From the NCBI GenBank assembly GCA_040004535.1, contig JBDUAS010000004.1:9508-73507 (forward strand): a stretch of DNA of 64,000 bases, written 5' to 3'. The position numbers and the translations under genes were made by a program. The notes below the pieces were generated by a model. That model searched no databases. It was given only the letters and a program-made list of their open reading frames with translations, and was not told the origin of the DNA. Below, piece after piece: positions 29,660 to 37,664 of this stretch (position 1 is its first letter; the number at the start of each line of letters is the position of its first letter). Source of the stretch: Deltaproteobacteria bacterium (lineage in GTDB: Bacteria > Myxococcota_A > Polyangia > Haliangiales > Haliangiaceae).

Positions 29660-31218
29660 CTGCGAACGTAGTGCGTTGATCCGCCGAGGATCACGAGGCC
29701 ATCGGCGGAGACCTCGGCGTAGGCGTCGTCGATCGGTAGCGCGAGGTCGCCGAGGGTTACCAGGCCGTCGGTAATCGGCGCGGAGCCGTGCGTGACGACC
29801 GCGGCGCGGCCCCGACGCAGCTGCAGTGGTTGCAACGCGCCATCGCGCTCGGCCCACCACAGGGTCGAGCCGTCGTGCGAGAACACGAGCTTAATGTCCC
29901 AAGCGTGCTCCGTCGTCGCGAGCGTGACCTCGTGCAGAAGCTCGAGCGAGTGGTTGTCGTGGACGCGCAGTGTGCCGCGGCTCAGGATCGCATGCGTGCG
30001 GCCGTCTGGTGCGAACGCGACGGCATCCCGGATCGTCGCACGGTGATCGCGATCGTCGACGAGCGTCTCGCCGGTCGTCGAGTCCCATAGGTGGTAGCCG
30101 AACGGCATGATCTCGACGAGGACGTCGTCGCACAGTGCGCGACAATCGCGCGGCGGACCGCCTTCGAGCCAGTTGCCCAGGCCATGGAAGGAAATCGCCG
30201 CGAGTTGCTCACCGGAATGCGCGTCGCACACGACCCGGCCTGTGATCGCACGCGTTCCATCGGGCGAGAGTGCGACGAGGCCGAGCGTGTAGTTTCCATC
30301 GACGCGGGCGTGCACGACGCGCTCCGGATCGAACACGCGCACGACCTGCAGGGTACGCGTCGCGAACGTGCCGTCCGCGGCCATCACCAGACCCATGCCA
30401 GCGATGCTTCCGCGGCGTAGCTCGACACCATCCGCCGACCACGCGTACAGCAAGTCCCGACGGTCCGTCGTGTAGATCGTCGCGCCGCGCCGCGCCGCAG
30501 CCACACACTCGAACGGAATCATCGAGCGTCGCGCGCCACTGCGTAGATCGACGAAGTACGTGAAGTACTCGTAGTCCTCGCCGTAGCCCTCGTCGTAGCT
30601 AGCGGTGACGACCGCGAGCTCGTCATCGAGCACGATCAGCTGGAGCGGATCGTGCGCGGTATCGATCGGGAGCGGCCATACGTGCGAGTCGGAGACCAGC
30701 TCGCGGCGCTCGCGGACGAGCTTCCACGTCGGCTGGCGCGCGACAGGCATGGCCATCACCACACGCCGCCCACTCGCCCGATCCCACGCGACCTCGTCGC
30801 CCAGCCCCACGTGGGACGCGGTCAACCACAGCGGACCCGCAGCGCCGCTGCGATACTCCTCGATCACACCGCTGTCGAGCGGCATCTGCGGCGTGCGCAG
30901 CGAACGCAAGAACGGGCGGTTCCAACTCGCTTCCCACGAGCGCGCGAGCCCGCGCACTGCTGCCGCGTCGACGGGAGGCGCGGTGCGCTGTGCGAATGGC
31001 GGGAACTCCGCACCGAGCCACGTGCAGCGGCGAAGCAAGCACGGCACGACCAACCCGGGCCGCTCGACCAGGACCGCGAGATCGATCCGCAACGCGCGCG
31101 CGATCCAGTGCCGCGCATCGCCGACCTCCATCCAGTCATGGATCAACACCGGCAGCTGACCGGCATCGGCTTCGTCGATCACGCGCGAGAGCAGCGCATC
31201 GACCGCGGAGCGCTTCAC
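29656..31218 (-). CDS. TIGR02996-like N-terminus plus beta-propeller-like repeat protein (520 aa)
   Basis: The GTG start overlaps the upstream stop (GTGA). LPVLIHDWMEVGDARHW resembles the LVYADWLEExGD repeat-companion motif. Repeated SPDGT/APDGR/SHDGS/SADGL units follow. Confidence 0.6.
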   Translation of the reverse strand: MKRSAVDALLSRVIDEADAGQLPVLIHDWMEVGDARHWIARALRIDLAVLVERPGLVVPCLLRRCTWLGAEFPPFAQRTAPPVDAAAVRGLARSWEASWNRPFLRSLRTPQMPLDSGVIEEYRSGAAGPLWLTASHVGLGDEVAWDRASGRRVVMAMPVARQPTWKLVRERRELVSDSHVWPLPIDTAHDPLQLIVLDDELAVVTASYDEGYGEDYEYFTYFVDLRSGARRSMIPFECVAAARRGATIYTTDRRDLLYAWSADGVELRRGSIAGMGLVMAADGTFATRTLQVVRVFDPERVVHARVDGNYTLGLVALSPDGTRAITGRVVCDAHSGEQLAAISFHGLGNWLEGGPPRDCRALCDDVLVEIMPFGYHLWDSTTGETLVDDRDHRATIRDAVAFAPDGRTHAILSRGTLRVHDNHSLELLHEVTLATTEHAWDIKLVFSHDGSTLWWAERDGALQPLQLRRGRAAVVTHGSAPITDGLVTLGDLALPIDDAYAEVSADGLVILGGSTHYVRS

Positions 31219-31697
31219 GGTTCCGTCTCGAGCTCCATGCGAACGATGCTCGAGCGCTGCTTTTCGAGCACGACCTCGAGCTGCTTCTGCGCCATCTCTT
31301 CGCGCAACCGCGCCGCGCGATCGCGGGTGGCCCGGGCGACCGCCGCGAGCGACACGACCCGCGCGACCGTGACCGCGACCTGGGTCGCTGCCTCGACGAT
31401 CACCATGCGGTCGGGCGGATCGGCGAGCGCGCGCTCGACCGCGGTCAGCAATCGATCGAACACCGACTCGGCATCCGAGAGCACGTTCTCTTCGGAGTCG
31501 CCCCACGCGAGCCGGCGCGCGACCGCGTCGTGCAGCGTGAGATCCAAGCCGGGGATCGATTCGCCGCCGATCTGCAGCGCGCTCACGATCGCGTCGAACA
31601 CTTCGGCGCCCGGCGGATCGCGATCGCCATGCTCGACGGTATCGAGCACTTCATCGCGCAGCACGCGTACAGCTTCGACGAGGTCGACGTCTGACAT
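31215..31697 (-). CDS. Small acidic helical protein (160 aa), unknown
   Basis: ATG shares 1 nt with the upstream stop (TGATG). No motif recognised. Confidence 0.55.
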   Translation of the reverse strand: MSDVDLVEAVRVLRDEVLDTVEHGDRDPPGAEVFDAIVSALQIGGESIPGLDLTLHDAVARRLAWGDSEENVLSDAESVFDRLLTAVERALADPPDRMVIVEAATQVAVTVARVVSLAAVARATRDRAARLREEMAQKQLEVVLEKQRSSIVRMELETEP

Positions 31698-33571
31698 CAC
31701 CACTCCGTGGTGCCGCGGTTCTCCCACGGCTGGCTGTGATCGATCGTGGTCGCGTACTTGCGCTCGAGATCGGCGCGCTTGCGTTCGAACATCGCGACCT
31801 GGTCGCGCATTTCGGCGGTCTTCGCCTGGACCTCGCGGAGGCGGTCGGAATACGGCGCCACCGCTTCGAGCACGAGCCCCGTCGTCGCGCCGACGAGCCG
31901 CTGGTGGGCGCCGCTGAGCGCGCGCAGCACCTTCGATCGCATCGCGTCCGTCGCGGTGATCTGATGAACACACGCCGCCGTGATGATGCGCGCCTGATCG
32001 AGCGCGTCGTAGAGCGGCATGATGCCGGTATCGTCGACGGGCCGCATGCCGTAGATCTCGCGCGCGGCGAGCACCGCGCTCGCGAAATTGCCGGTCGCGT
32101 CGATCGCGATCGTCTCGAGCGCGCCGAGGATCTGTTTGACGAGCTCCGCGCGCTGCGCCGTGCGGCTGCGCGCGATCGTGATCGTCTGCTGGATCGAAGC
32201 AATCAGCTCCGCGCTGACCCCAGGGCTCGTGACCGGCCGATCCGGCCGCAGGAACGGGACGGTCGGGTTGTCGATGAAGCGATCACCGGTGTCCTCGAGC
32301 GCGGTGTCCAGGGCCGTATCGACGGACGTTTCACCGCCATCGATCGTCTCCTGCATCGCCGCATGGACCTTGATCAGCTCGGCATCGACCCGGTTCAACC
32401 GCTCCGCGAGCAGGCCACCGATCGCGAGCTCCGCGACGACGAGCGCGCGCGACACCGCGATCGATAGCAGGAACCCCAAGTTCGCGTCGACGACGCCGAT
32501 CTCGTCGACGACCGCACGCGCACTGGTCGCGAGGATGTCCATCAGCGCGCGCAGCGGCGCCCACTCACCGGAGCGATCGAACCAGCCGCCGGCGATGTTC
32601 TGGGCGAACGTCCACACGTTCACCCCGGTCGACTTCTCGAGATCATGAAAGATCGCCTGGCACAGCGAGCTCGCGATCAGCTCGAGCGCTTCCTCGGGAT
32701 CGAGCCCGCGCACGATCGGATTCTTCGTCAGCCCGCGATCCTTCGCGACCTGCAAGAACCGCGAGCGCCGTTGCCACCACTGCATTGCGCCGGTCGTGCG
32801 CACGACCTCCGTCGACGACGGCGGCGGTTGCGGCGCTTCGATCACGATCGTCGTGACGTTGTCGCCGCCTCCGCCGCGCAGTGCGAGATCGATCAAATCG
32901 CGCGCGACGTGCTCCGGCGCATCGCCCGAGCCGAGCAAGTACTGGATCGCTTCGGCCGACGCGTAGCCGTAGAGCCCGTCGCTGCACAGCATCAGCCGAT
33001 CGCCCGGACGCAGCTCGACATCGACGACGTCGATCCGCGCATCAGGCTTCGCGCCGAGGTTGCGCGATAGCACGTTCTTGTACGGATGACGCTCGGCTTC
33101 CTCCGCGGACAAGAGGCCCTTGTCGACGAGCTCCTCGACGATCGTGTGATCGCGCGTCAACATCTGGACGCGGCCGTTGCGCAACAGGTACGCGCGGCTA
33201 TCACCGACGTGCGCGACGACTGCGCGCTTCGGATCGACGACGATGCAGCCGACCACGGTCGTGCCCATGCCGTGGCGCTCGCGCGCTTGCTGGGCGGCAT
33301 TGAAGACCGTCGCCGACGCATGCTGGATCGCCGCTTCGAGCAACGCGCGCGGCTCCATCGTCATCCGCCGCTGCAACACGAACTCGCGGATCGCATCACG
33401 CGCGGTCTGCGACGCGACGTCGCCCGCATTCGCGCCGCCCATGCCGTCGAGCACGACGTACAAGCCGCGCACCGGATCGACGATCATCGAGTCTTCGTTC
33501 GTCGTCCGGACCTTGCCGACGTTCGTATCGCCGGCGACGCGAATCCCTTGCTGCGACGCGGTCTGGGTCAC
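31697..33571 (-). CDS. PP2C-family Ser/Thr phosphatase with about 370-aa uncharacterised C-terminal domain (624 aa)
   Basis: PP2C motifs are intact: VRTTNEDS, VLDGMGG, HVGDSRAY, CSDGLYG, GGGDNVTTIVI. The GTG start overlaps the upstream stop (GTGA). Confidence 0.8.
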   Translation of the reverse strand: MTQTASQQGIRVAGDTNVGKVRTTNEDSMIVDPVRGLYVVLDGMGGANAGDVASQTARDAIREFVLQRRMTMEPRALLEAAIQHASATVFNAAQQARERHGMGTTVVGCIVVDPKRAVVAHVGDSRAYLLRNGRVQMLTRDHTIVEELVDKGLLSAEEAERHPYKNVLSRNLGAKPDARIDVVDVELRPGDRLMLCSDGLYGYASAEAIQYLLGSGDAPEHVARDLIDLALRGGGGDNVTTIVIEAPQPPPSSTEVVRTTGAMQWWQRRSRFLQVAKDRGLTKNPIVRGLDPEEALELIASSLCQAIFHDLEKSTGVNVWTFAQNIAGGWFDRSGEWAPLRALMDILATSARAVVDEIGVVDANLGFLLSIAVSRALVVAELAIGGLLAERLNRVDAELIKVHAAMQETIDGGETSVDTALDTALEDTGDRFIDNPTVPFLRPDRPVTSPGVSAELIASIQQTITIARSRTAQRAELVKQILGALETIAIDATGNFASAVLAAREIYGMRPVDDTGIMPLYDALDQARIITAACVHQITATDAMRSKVLRALSGAHQRLVGATTGLVLEAVAPYSDRLREVQAKTAEMRDQVAMFERKRADLERKYATTIDHSQPWENRGTTEW

Positions 33572-34032
33572 TGCTTGCCTCGTTCGCGCACGGCAAGCTC
33601 GCTCCACTGACCGACGCGGCGCGCGAGCTCTTCGGCGACGAGGTCGTTGACCGCGCGCGCGGTCGTCGCGGTCACCCGCGTCAACAGTAGCGTGAGCTCG
33701 GCGCCGTCGATCGAGCCGGCGAGCTCGTCCTGGGCGACTTGCGCCGCCGTGTCGCCGATCGCGACGAGCATCGCGAGCACCGCGGCGGGGCCTTGCGCCT
33801 CGGCGGCGCGCATCGCGAGGAACGTCTGCAGGAACGCGCGGTGCGACCCTAGGTCTCCGGATGCGAGAAAGTTCCCGAGATGCTCGAGGACCGCGCTGAT
33901 CTGGGCGCGGGCGGTGGCTTCGTCGATGCGCCCGAACGACGGATCGAGGGTCGCGCGCATGTCGAGCAAGCGCTGGAGCACGACCGGACGAAGATTGTCG
34001 TAGGCCCGTGCCAGCGGGGGCTCTGTCGACAT
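33568..34032 (-). CDS. Small helical protein (154 aa), unknown; first gene of the PP2C operon
   Basis: The internal ATG at 34032 is the only plausible start of the long 33568-34779 ORF. The upstream part of that ORF is antisense to the receiver gene. Confidence 0.55.
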   Translation of the reverse strand: MSTEPPLARAYDNLRPVVLQRLLDMRATLDPSFGRIDEATARAQISAVLEHLGNFLASGDLGSHRAFLQTFLAMRAAEAQGPAAVLAMLVAIGDTAAQVAQDELAGSIDGAELTLLLTRVTATTARAVNDLVAEELARRVGQWSELAVRERGKQ

Positions 34033-34083
34033 CGTCTCGACAATACACCGCGCAAGATGCGGGTGGTACGCTCCGGCGACGCA

Positions 34084-34854
34084 ATGGCGGCCGCAAGCTC
34101 GGTGGTGAAAGGTGGCCGCATCCTCGTCGTGGACGACGAGCCGATGGTGCGCGACACGCTGGGCCAGGTGCTTGCCGACGAGGGTTACGTCGTCGATGTC
34201 GCCGCCGACGGCGCCGATGCGCTCGACCGCGTCCACGCCGCCCGTCCGGACGCGATCTTGCTCGATCTCATGATGCCCGGCATGAACGGTCGCCAGTTCT
34301 TGCAGGCGCTGCGCGACGACTCCGCCTACAGCGCCGTGCCGGTGTTGATCATGACCGCCGTCCACGGCCTCGAGATCAACCTGACCGCGATCGGGGCGAG
34401 CGAGGTCGTCGAGAAGCCGTTCCAGATCGAGGAGCTCCTCAACAAGATCGCACTCGCCGTGTATCGCTCGCGCGACGCGAACGCGTCGGCACCGATTCCG
34501 GTGCCGGTGGAGCCCGAGCCGCTGGCGATCGATCGCGGCGTGGTGCTCGTCGTCGAGCACGACCGCGCACGACTCCAGCGCGTCGACATGTTGCTCAGCC
34601 AGCGCGGTTACACGGTCGTGTCGATGACGCGCGCCGGTGGTCAGCTGCCGCGGCTCGCGCGCGCGCTGCGACCGCGCGCGATCTTGCTCGAGTTCGCGAG
34701 CGAAGGTGCGGTCAGCGTCGTCCGCGAGCTCCGCGATATCAGCGGCCAGCTCGGGATCCTGCTGTACTCGCGCGAGCACGTCTCGGCCAGGCCCGACGTC
34801 CTGTCCGCGGTGACCGACGCCGAGCTCGTCGAGTTCGTCGATCTACAGCCCTAG
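34084..34854 (+). CDS. Response regulator with two receiver domains and no output domain (256 aa)
   Basis: REC1 is canonical: ILVVDDEP ... ILLDLMMPGMNG ... VLIMTA ... KPF. REC2 is degenerate (VVLVVEHD ...). Confidence 0.8.
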   Translation: MAAASSVVKGGRILVVDDEPMVRDTLGQVLADEGYVVDVAADGADALDRVHAARPDAILLDLMMPGMNGRQFLQALRDDSAYSAVPVLIMTAVHGLEINLTAIGASEVVEKPFQIEELLNKIALAVYRSRDANASAPIPVPVEPEPLAIDRGVVLVVEHDRARLQRVDMLLSQRGYTVVSMTRAGGQLPRLARALRPRAILLEFASEGAVSVVRELRDISGQLGILLYSREHVSARPDVLSAVTDAELVEFVDLQP

Positions 34855-35759
34855 CGCTTCGCTTTTTCGAGCTCGACCCGCTTCGGGTAGAGCACGATCT
34901 CGATCCGCCGATTCGCCGCCTTGTTCGAGCGCGAGACCGGCCGGTACTGGCCGAACGCGAGCGCGGCCAACCGCGTCGGATCGATCTTCGCGGTGTCCTG
35001 CAGGTAGTGAACGACCTGCAACGCACGCGCGGCCGAGAGCTCCCAGTTCGTGATGAACTTCACCGGCGCGGGCGGCGGCGGCTTCGCCCCTTTCGGGAGC
35101 GGCTTCGCTTTCGGATCTTTCTTCGCAGGCGGGATGTAGATCGGCTGATCGTCTGTATGCCCCTGCACCCACACCTGCTTGTCGGGCAGGTCCTTGAGCG
35201 CGACCGCGACCTTGTCGAGGACGGCCTTGCCGCGATCGGTGAGCTGATCCTCGCCGGTCGGGAACAGCACCTTGTCGACGAGCCTCAGGTGAATCTCGTC
35301 GCCCTCGGTGTCGACCGAGCCCTGGGTCTTGTCGATCGTGCCCTGGAGCTTCTTCTCTTCGGCCGCGAGCTGCTCGGCCTTCTTGTCGACGTCGGCGGCC
35401 TTGCCCGACAGCGCCGCGAGCTGCTTGTCCTCGTCGGTCTTGTCCTGTTTGAGCTGAGTGAGCGCCTTGTCGAGGCCGTCGGCGCGGTCCTTCTCGACGG
35501 CACGCGCCTTGTCAGCGCTCCCCGCGGCTACCTTTGCCTTCTGCGCCTCGTCGGCGTGCGACGGTGTGAAGACGAAGCCGAGGATCGCGCCGCCTACCAC
35601 CGCTAACGCGATCGCGCCGTACCACTTGCGCTTGTCGCCGCGATCCTTCTTGCCACCAAAGCCACGCACCGGTGGTGGCGGCTCGGGCTGTCTCCCCTTC
35701 GGCACCTGAGCTTTGGGATAAACCAGGACCCCGCTCGGGTCATCCGGAGCGTGCGACAT
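34851..35759 (-). CDS. OmpA/MotB-family protein with coiled-coil (302 aa)
   Basis: One TM segment, a long Lys/Ala/Asp coiled-coil, and an OmpA_C-like domain (VWVQGHTDDQPI ... NWELSAARALQVVHYL ... RRIEIVL). Confidence 0.8.
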   Translation of the reverse strand: MSHAPDDPSGVLVYPKAQVPKGRQPEPPPPVRGFGGKKDRGDKRKWYGAIALAVVGGAILGFVFTPSHADEAQKAKVAAGSADKARAVEKDRADGLDKALTQLKQDKTDEDKQLAALSGKAADVDKKAEQLAAEEKKLQGTIDKTQGSVDTEGDEIHLRLVDKVLFPTGEDQLTDRGKAVLDKVAVALKDLPDKQVWVQGHTDDQPIYIPPAKKDPKAKPLPKGAKPPPPAPVKFITNWELSAARALQVVHYLQDTAKIDPTRLAALAFGQYRPVSRSNKAANRRIEIVLYPKRVELEKAKR

Positions 35760-35773
35760 ACGAACAGCATAAC

Positions 35774-37537
35774 TCAGTCGCCGATCGCGGCGCCTCCGCC
35801 GCGTGGATCTGCAGCGCCTTCCCAACCATCTTTCGTACGCACGATCGCATTCGCTGCACCAAACATGTGCTCGCCCTTGCCGACCACCAGCTTGTAGCCC
35901 TCCGCTTCGAGCTGCTTTGCCGTTTCCGCGGTGATCGAGTCACTGTCGACGTCGACCTCATCCGGAAGGTGCTGGTGATGAAACCGCGGCGCGGCGATCG
36001 CCTGCGCGACGGGCATACCGAAGTCGATCACGTTCGAGATCACGAGCCACACCTCGGTGATGATGTGCGAGCCACCCTGTCCGCCAACGACCATGAACAC
36101 GTCGCCGTGCTCGTCCTCGAGGATCGTCGGCGACATCGACGACAGCATCCGCTTGCCGGGCTCGATCTTGTTCGCCGCGCCCTGGACCAGGCCATAGACG
36201 TTTGGCGCGCCGAGCTTGGTCGTGAAGTCGTCCATCTCGTTGTTGAGCAAGAAGCCGCTGACCTGCACGCCGTTCCCGAACGAGGTGTTGAGCGTGGTCG
36301 TCATCGCGACCGCCATGCCGCTCTTGTCGACGACGGAGATGTTCGTGGTGTGGGTGCCTTCGATGAGCCCCGGGATGTCCTTCGACGGCGTTGCCTTGTC
36401 GGTGATCGTCTTCACGAGCTGATCGGCGTACGCCTGCGACGTGAGCTTCGCGAGCGGCATGCCCTTCACGTACGCCGGATCGCCGAGGATCTCGTTGCGC
36501 GCCGCGTACGCGCGTCGCCACACCTCGACGACGCGATGGATGTACTCGGTGCCATGCCATGGCAGCTTGCCGAGGTCGATCGTCGACAGCATGTTCGCCG
36601 TCATCGCGACCACGACCCCACCCGACGACGGGGGCGGCATCGCGATCACCTTCTTGCCGCGATACGACGCGTAGAGCGGATCACGCCACACGGCCTTGTA
36701 GCCCGAGAGGTCGGCCGCCGTGATCAGCCCCTTGCCCTTCTTCATCTCGGCGAGGATCGCGGCGGCCGTGTCACCGGTGTAGAACCCGTCCCGCCCCTTC
36801 GCCGCGATCCGCTCGAGCACGGTCACGAGCTCGGGGTTCTTCACGACGGTGCCGGTCGCGATCGGCTTGCCGTCGGGCCACCACAGCGGCGCCGACGTGA
36901 TCCGATCGCCGCGGTACTTCGCGACCCGCACGAGTGACTCGTGCAGCTTCTCGGGCACCGCGAAGCCGTCCTTCGCGAGCGCGATCGCGGGCGCGATCAC
37001 GTCGGCCCACTTCATCTTGCCGTACTTGTTCTGGAGCTCGTAGAGCCCGGCGACCGAGCCGGGGACGCCGCATGCACGATCGCCGATCAACGACTCGCGC
37101 GTCGGATTGCCGCCGTTGTCGAGGTACATGTTCGCCGTCGCAGCCGCAGGTGCGGTCTCGCGAAAATCGAGCGTCGCTGCCTTTCCCTTCGCGAGCCGGA
37201 CGACGGCGAAACCACCGCCCGCGAGATTGCCCGCGCTCGGGTGCGTCACCGCGAGCACGAATGCAGTCGTCACCACGGCGTCGACTGCGTTGCCGCCGCT
37301 CTTCATCATCGCTTCGCCCGCTTCGGTCGCGAAGCGATCCTCGGAGGCGACCATCGAGGTCTTGCCCGTGCCGGCGAGCGTGGGATCGATCTGGAACGTG
37401 CTTGCCGGAGTGCGATACGGGTCGGGCGCGCCCGCATCGGCGACGGCCGGTGGTGGCGGTGTCTCGACGCGAGGCTGGGGTTGCGGCTCGGAGCGCCGGC
37501 AGGCCACGAGGACGAGGATCCAGAGGAGGCGCTTCAC
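35774..37537 (-). CDS. ggt: Gamma-glutamyltransferase (587 aa)
   Basis: Signal/lipobox LVLVAC. The autoprocessing/catalytic Thr context is EGTHTTNISVVD. Also TLNTSFG and GGQGGSHI. Confidence 0.9.
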   Translation of the reverse strand: MKRLLWILVLVACRRSEPQPQPRVETPPPPAVADAGAPDPYRTPASTFQIDPTLAGTGKTSMVASEDRFATEAGEAMMKSGGNAVDAVVTTAFVLAVTHPSAGNLAGGGFAVVRLAKGKAATLDFRETAPAAATANMYLDNGGNPTRESLIGDRACGVPGSVAGLYELQNKYGKMKWADVIAPAIALAKDGFAVPEKLHESLVRVAKYRGDRITSAPLWWPDGKPIATGTVVKNPELVTVLERIAAKGRDGFYTGDTAAAILAEMKKGKGLITAADLSGYKAVWRDPLYASYRGKKVIAMPPPSSGGVVVAMTANMLSTIDLGKLPWHGTEYIHRVVEVWRRAYAARNEILGDPAYVKGMPLAKLTSQAYADQLVKTITDKATPSKDIPGLIEGTHTTNISVVDKSGMAVAMTTTLNTSFGNGVQVSGFLLNNEMDDFTTKLGAPNVYGLVQGAANKIEPGKRMLSSMSPTILEDEHGDVFMVVGGQGGSHIITEVWLVISNVIDFGMPVAQAIAAPRFHHQHLPDEVDVDSDSITAETAKQLEAEGYKLVVGKGEHMFGAANAIVRTKDGWEGAADPRGGGAAIGD

Positions 37538-37637
37538 CGGCGCATCCTACGACATCGATGTCCGGACTTCCGGAGCCCCGCCGGATCTCGGGCGCGATGC
37601 TCGCCTGCGAACCTGCATGATTCTGCTGATGTGGCGC

Positions 37638-37651
37638 GGCACGTCCGTTGC
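37638..37651 (+). promoter_or_regulatory. Near-consensus sigma-54 promoter (GGCACG-N4-TTGC)
   Basis: cGGCACGtccgTTGCt has correct GG-N10-GC spacing. The -12 C at 37651 predicts a transcription start about 2 nt before ATG 37665. Confidence 0.55.
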
Positions 37652-37664
37652 TGAACGGGAGCGC

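Noticed and set aside
34851-35759. OmpA/MotB-like coiled-coil protein considered as a Zorya-type (MotB-like) defence component
   Set aside because: There is no adjacent MotA-like partner or nuclease/helicase effector. It is co-oriented directly behind ggt and looks like an ordinary peptidoglycan-anchoring protein.
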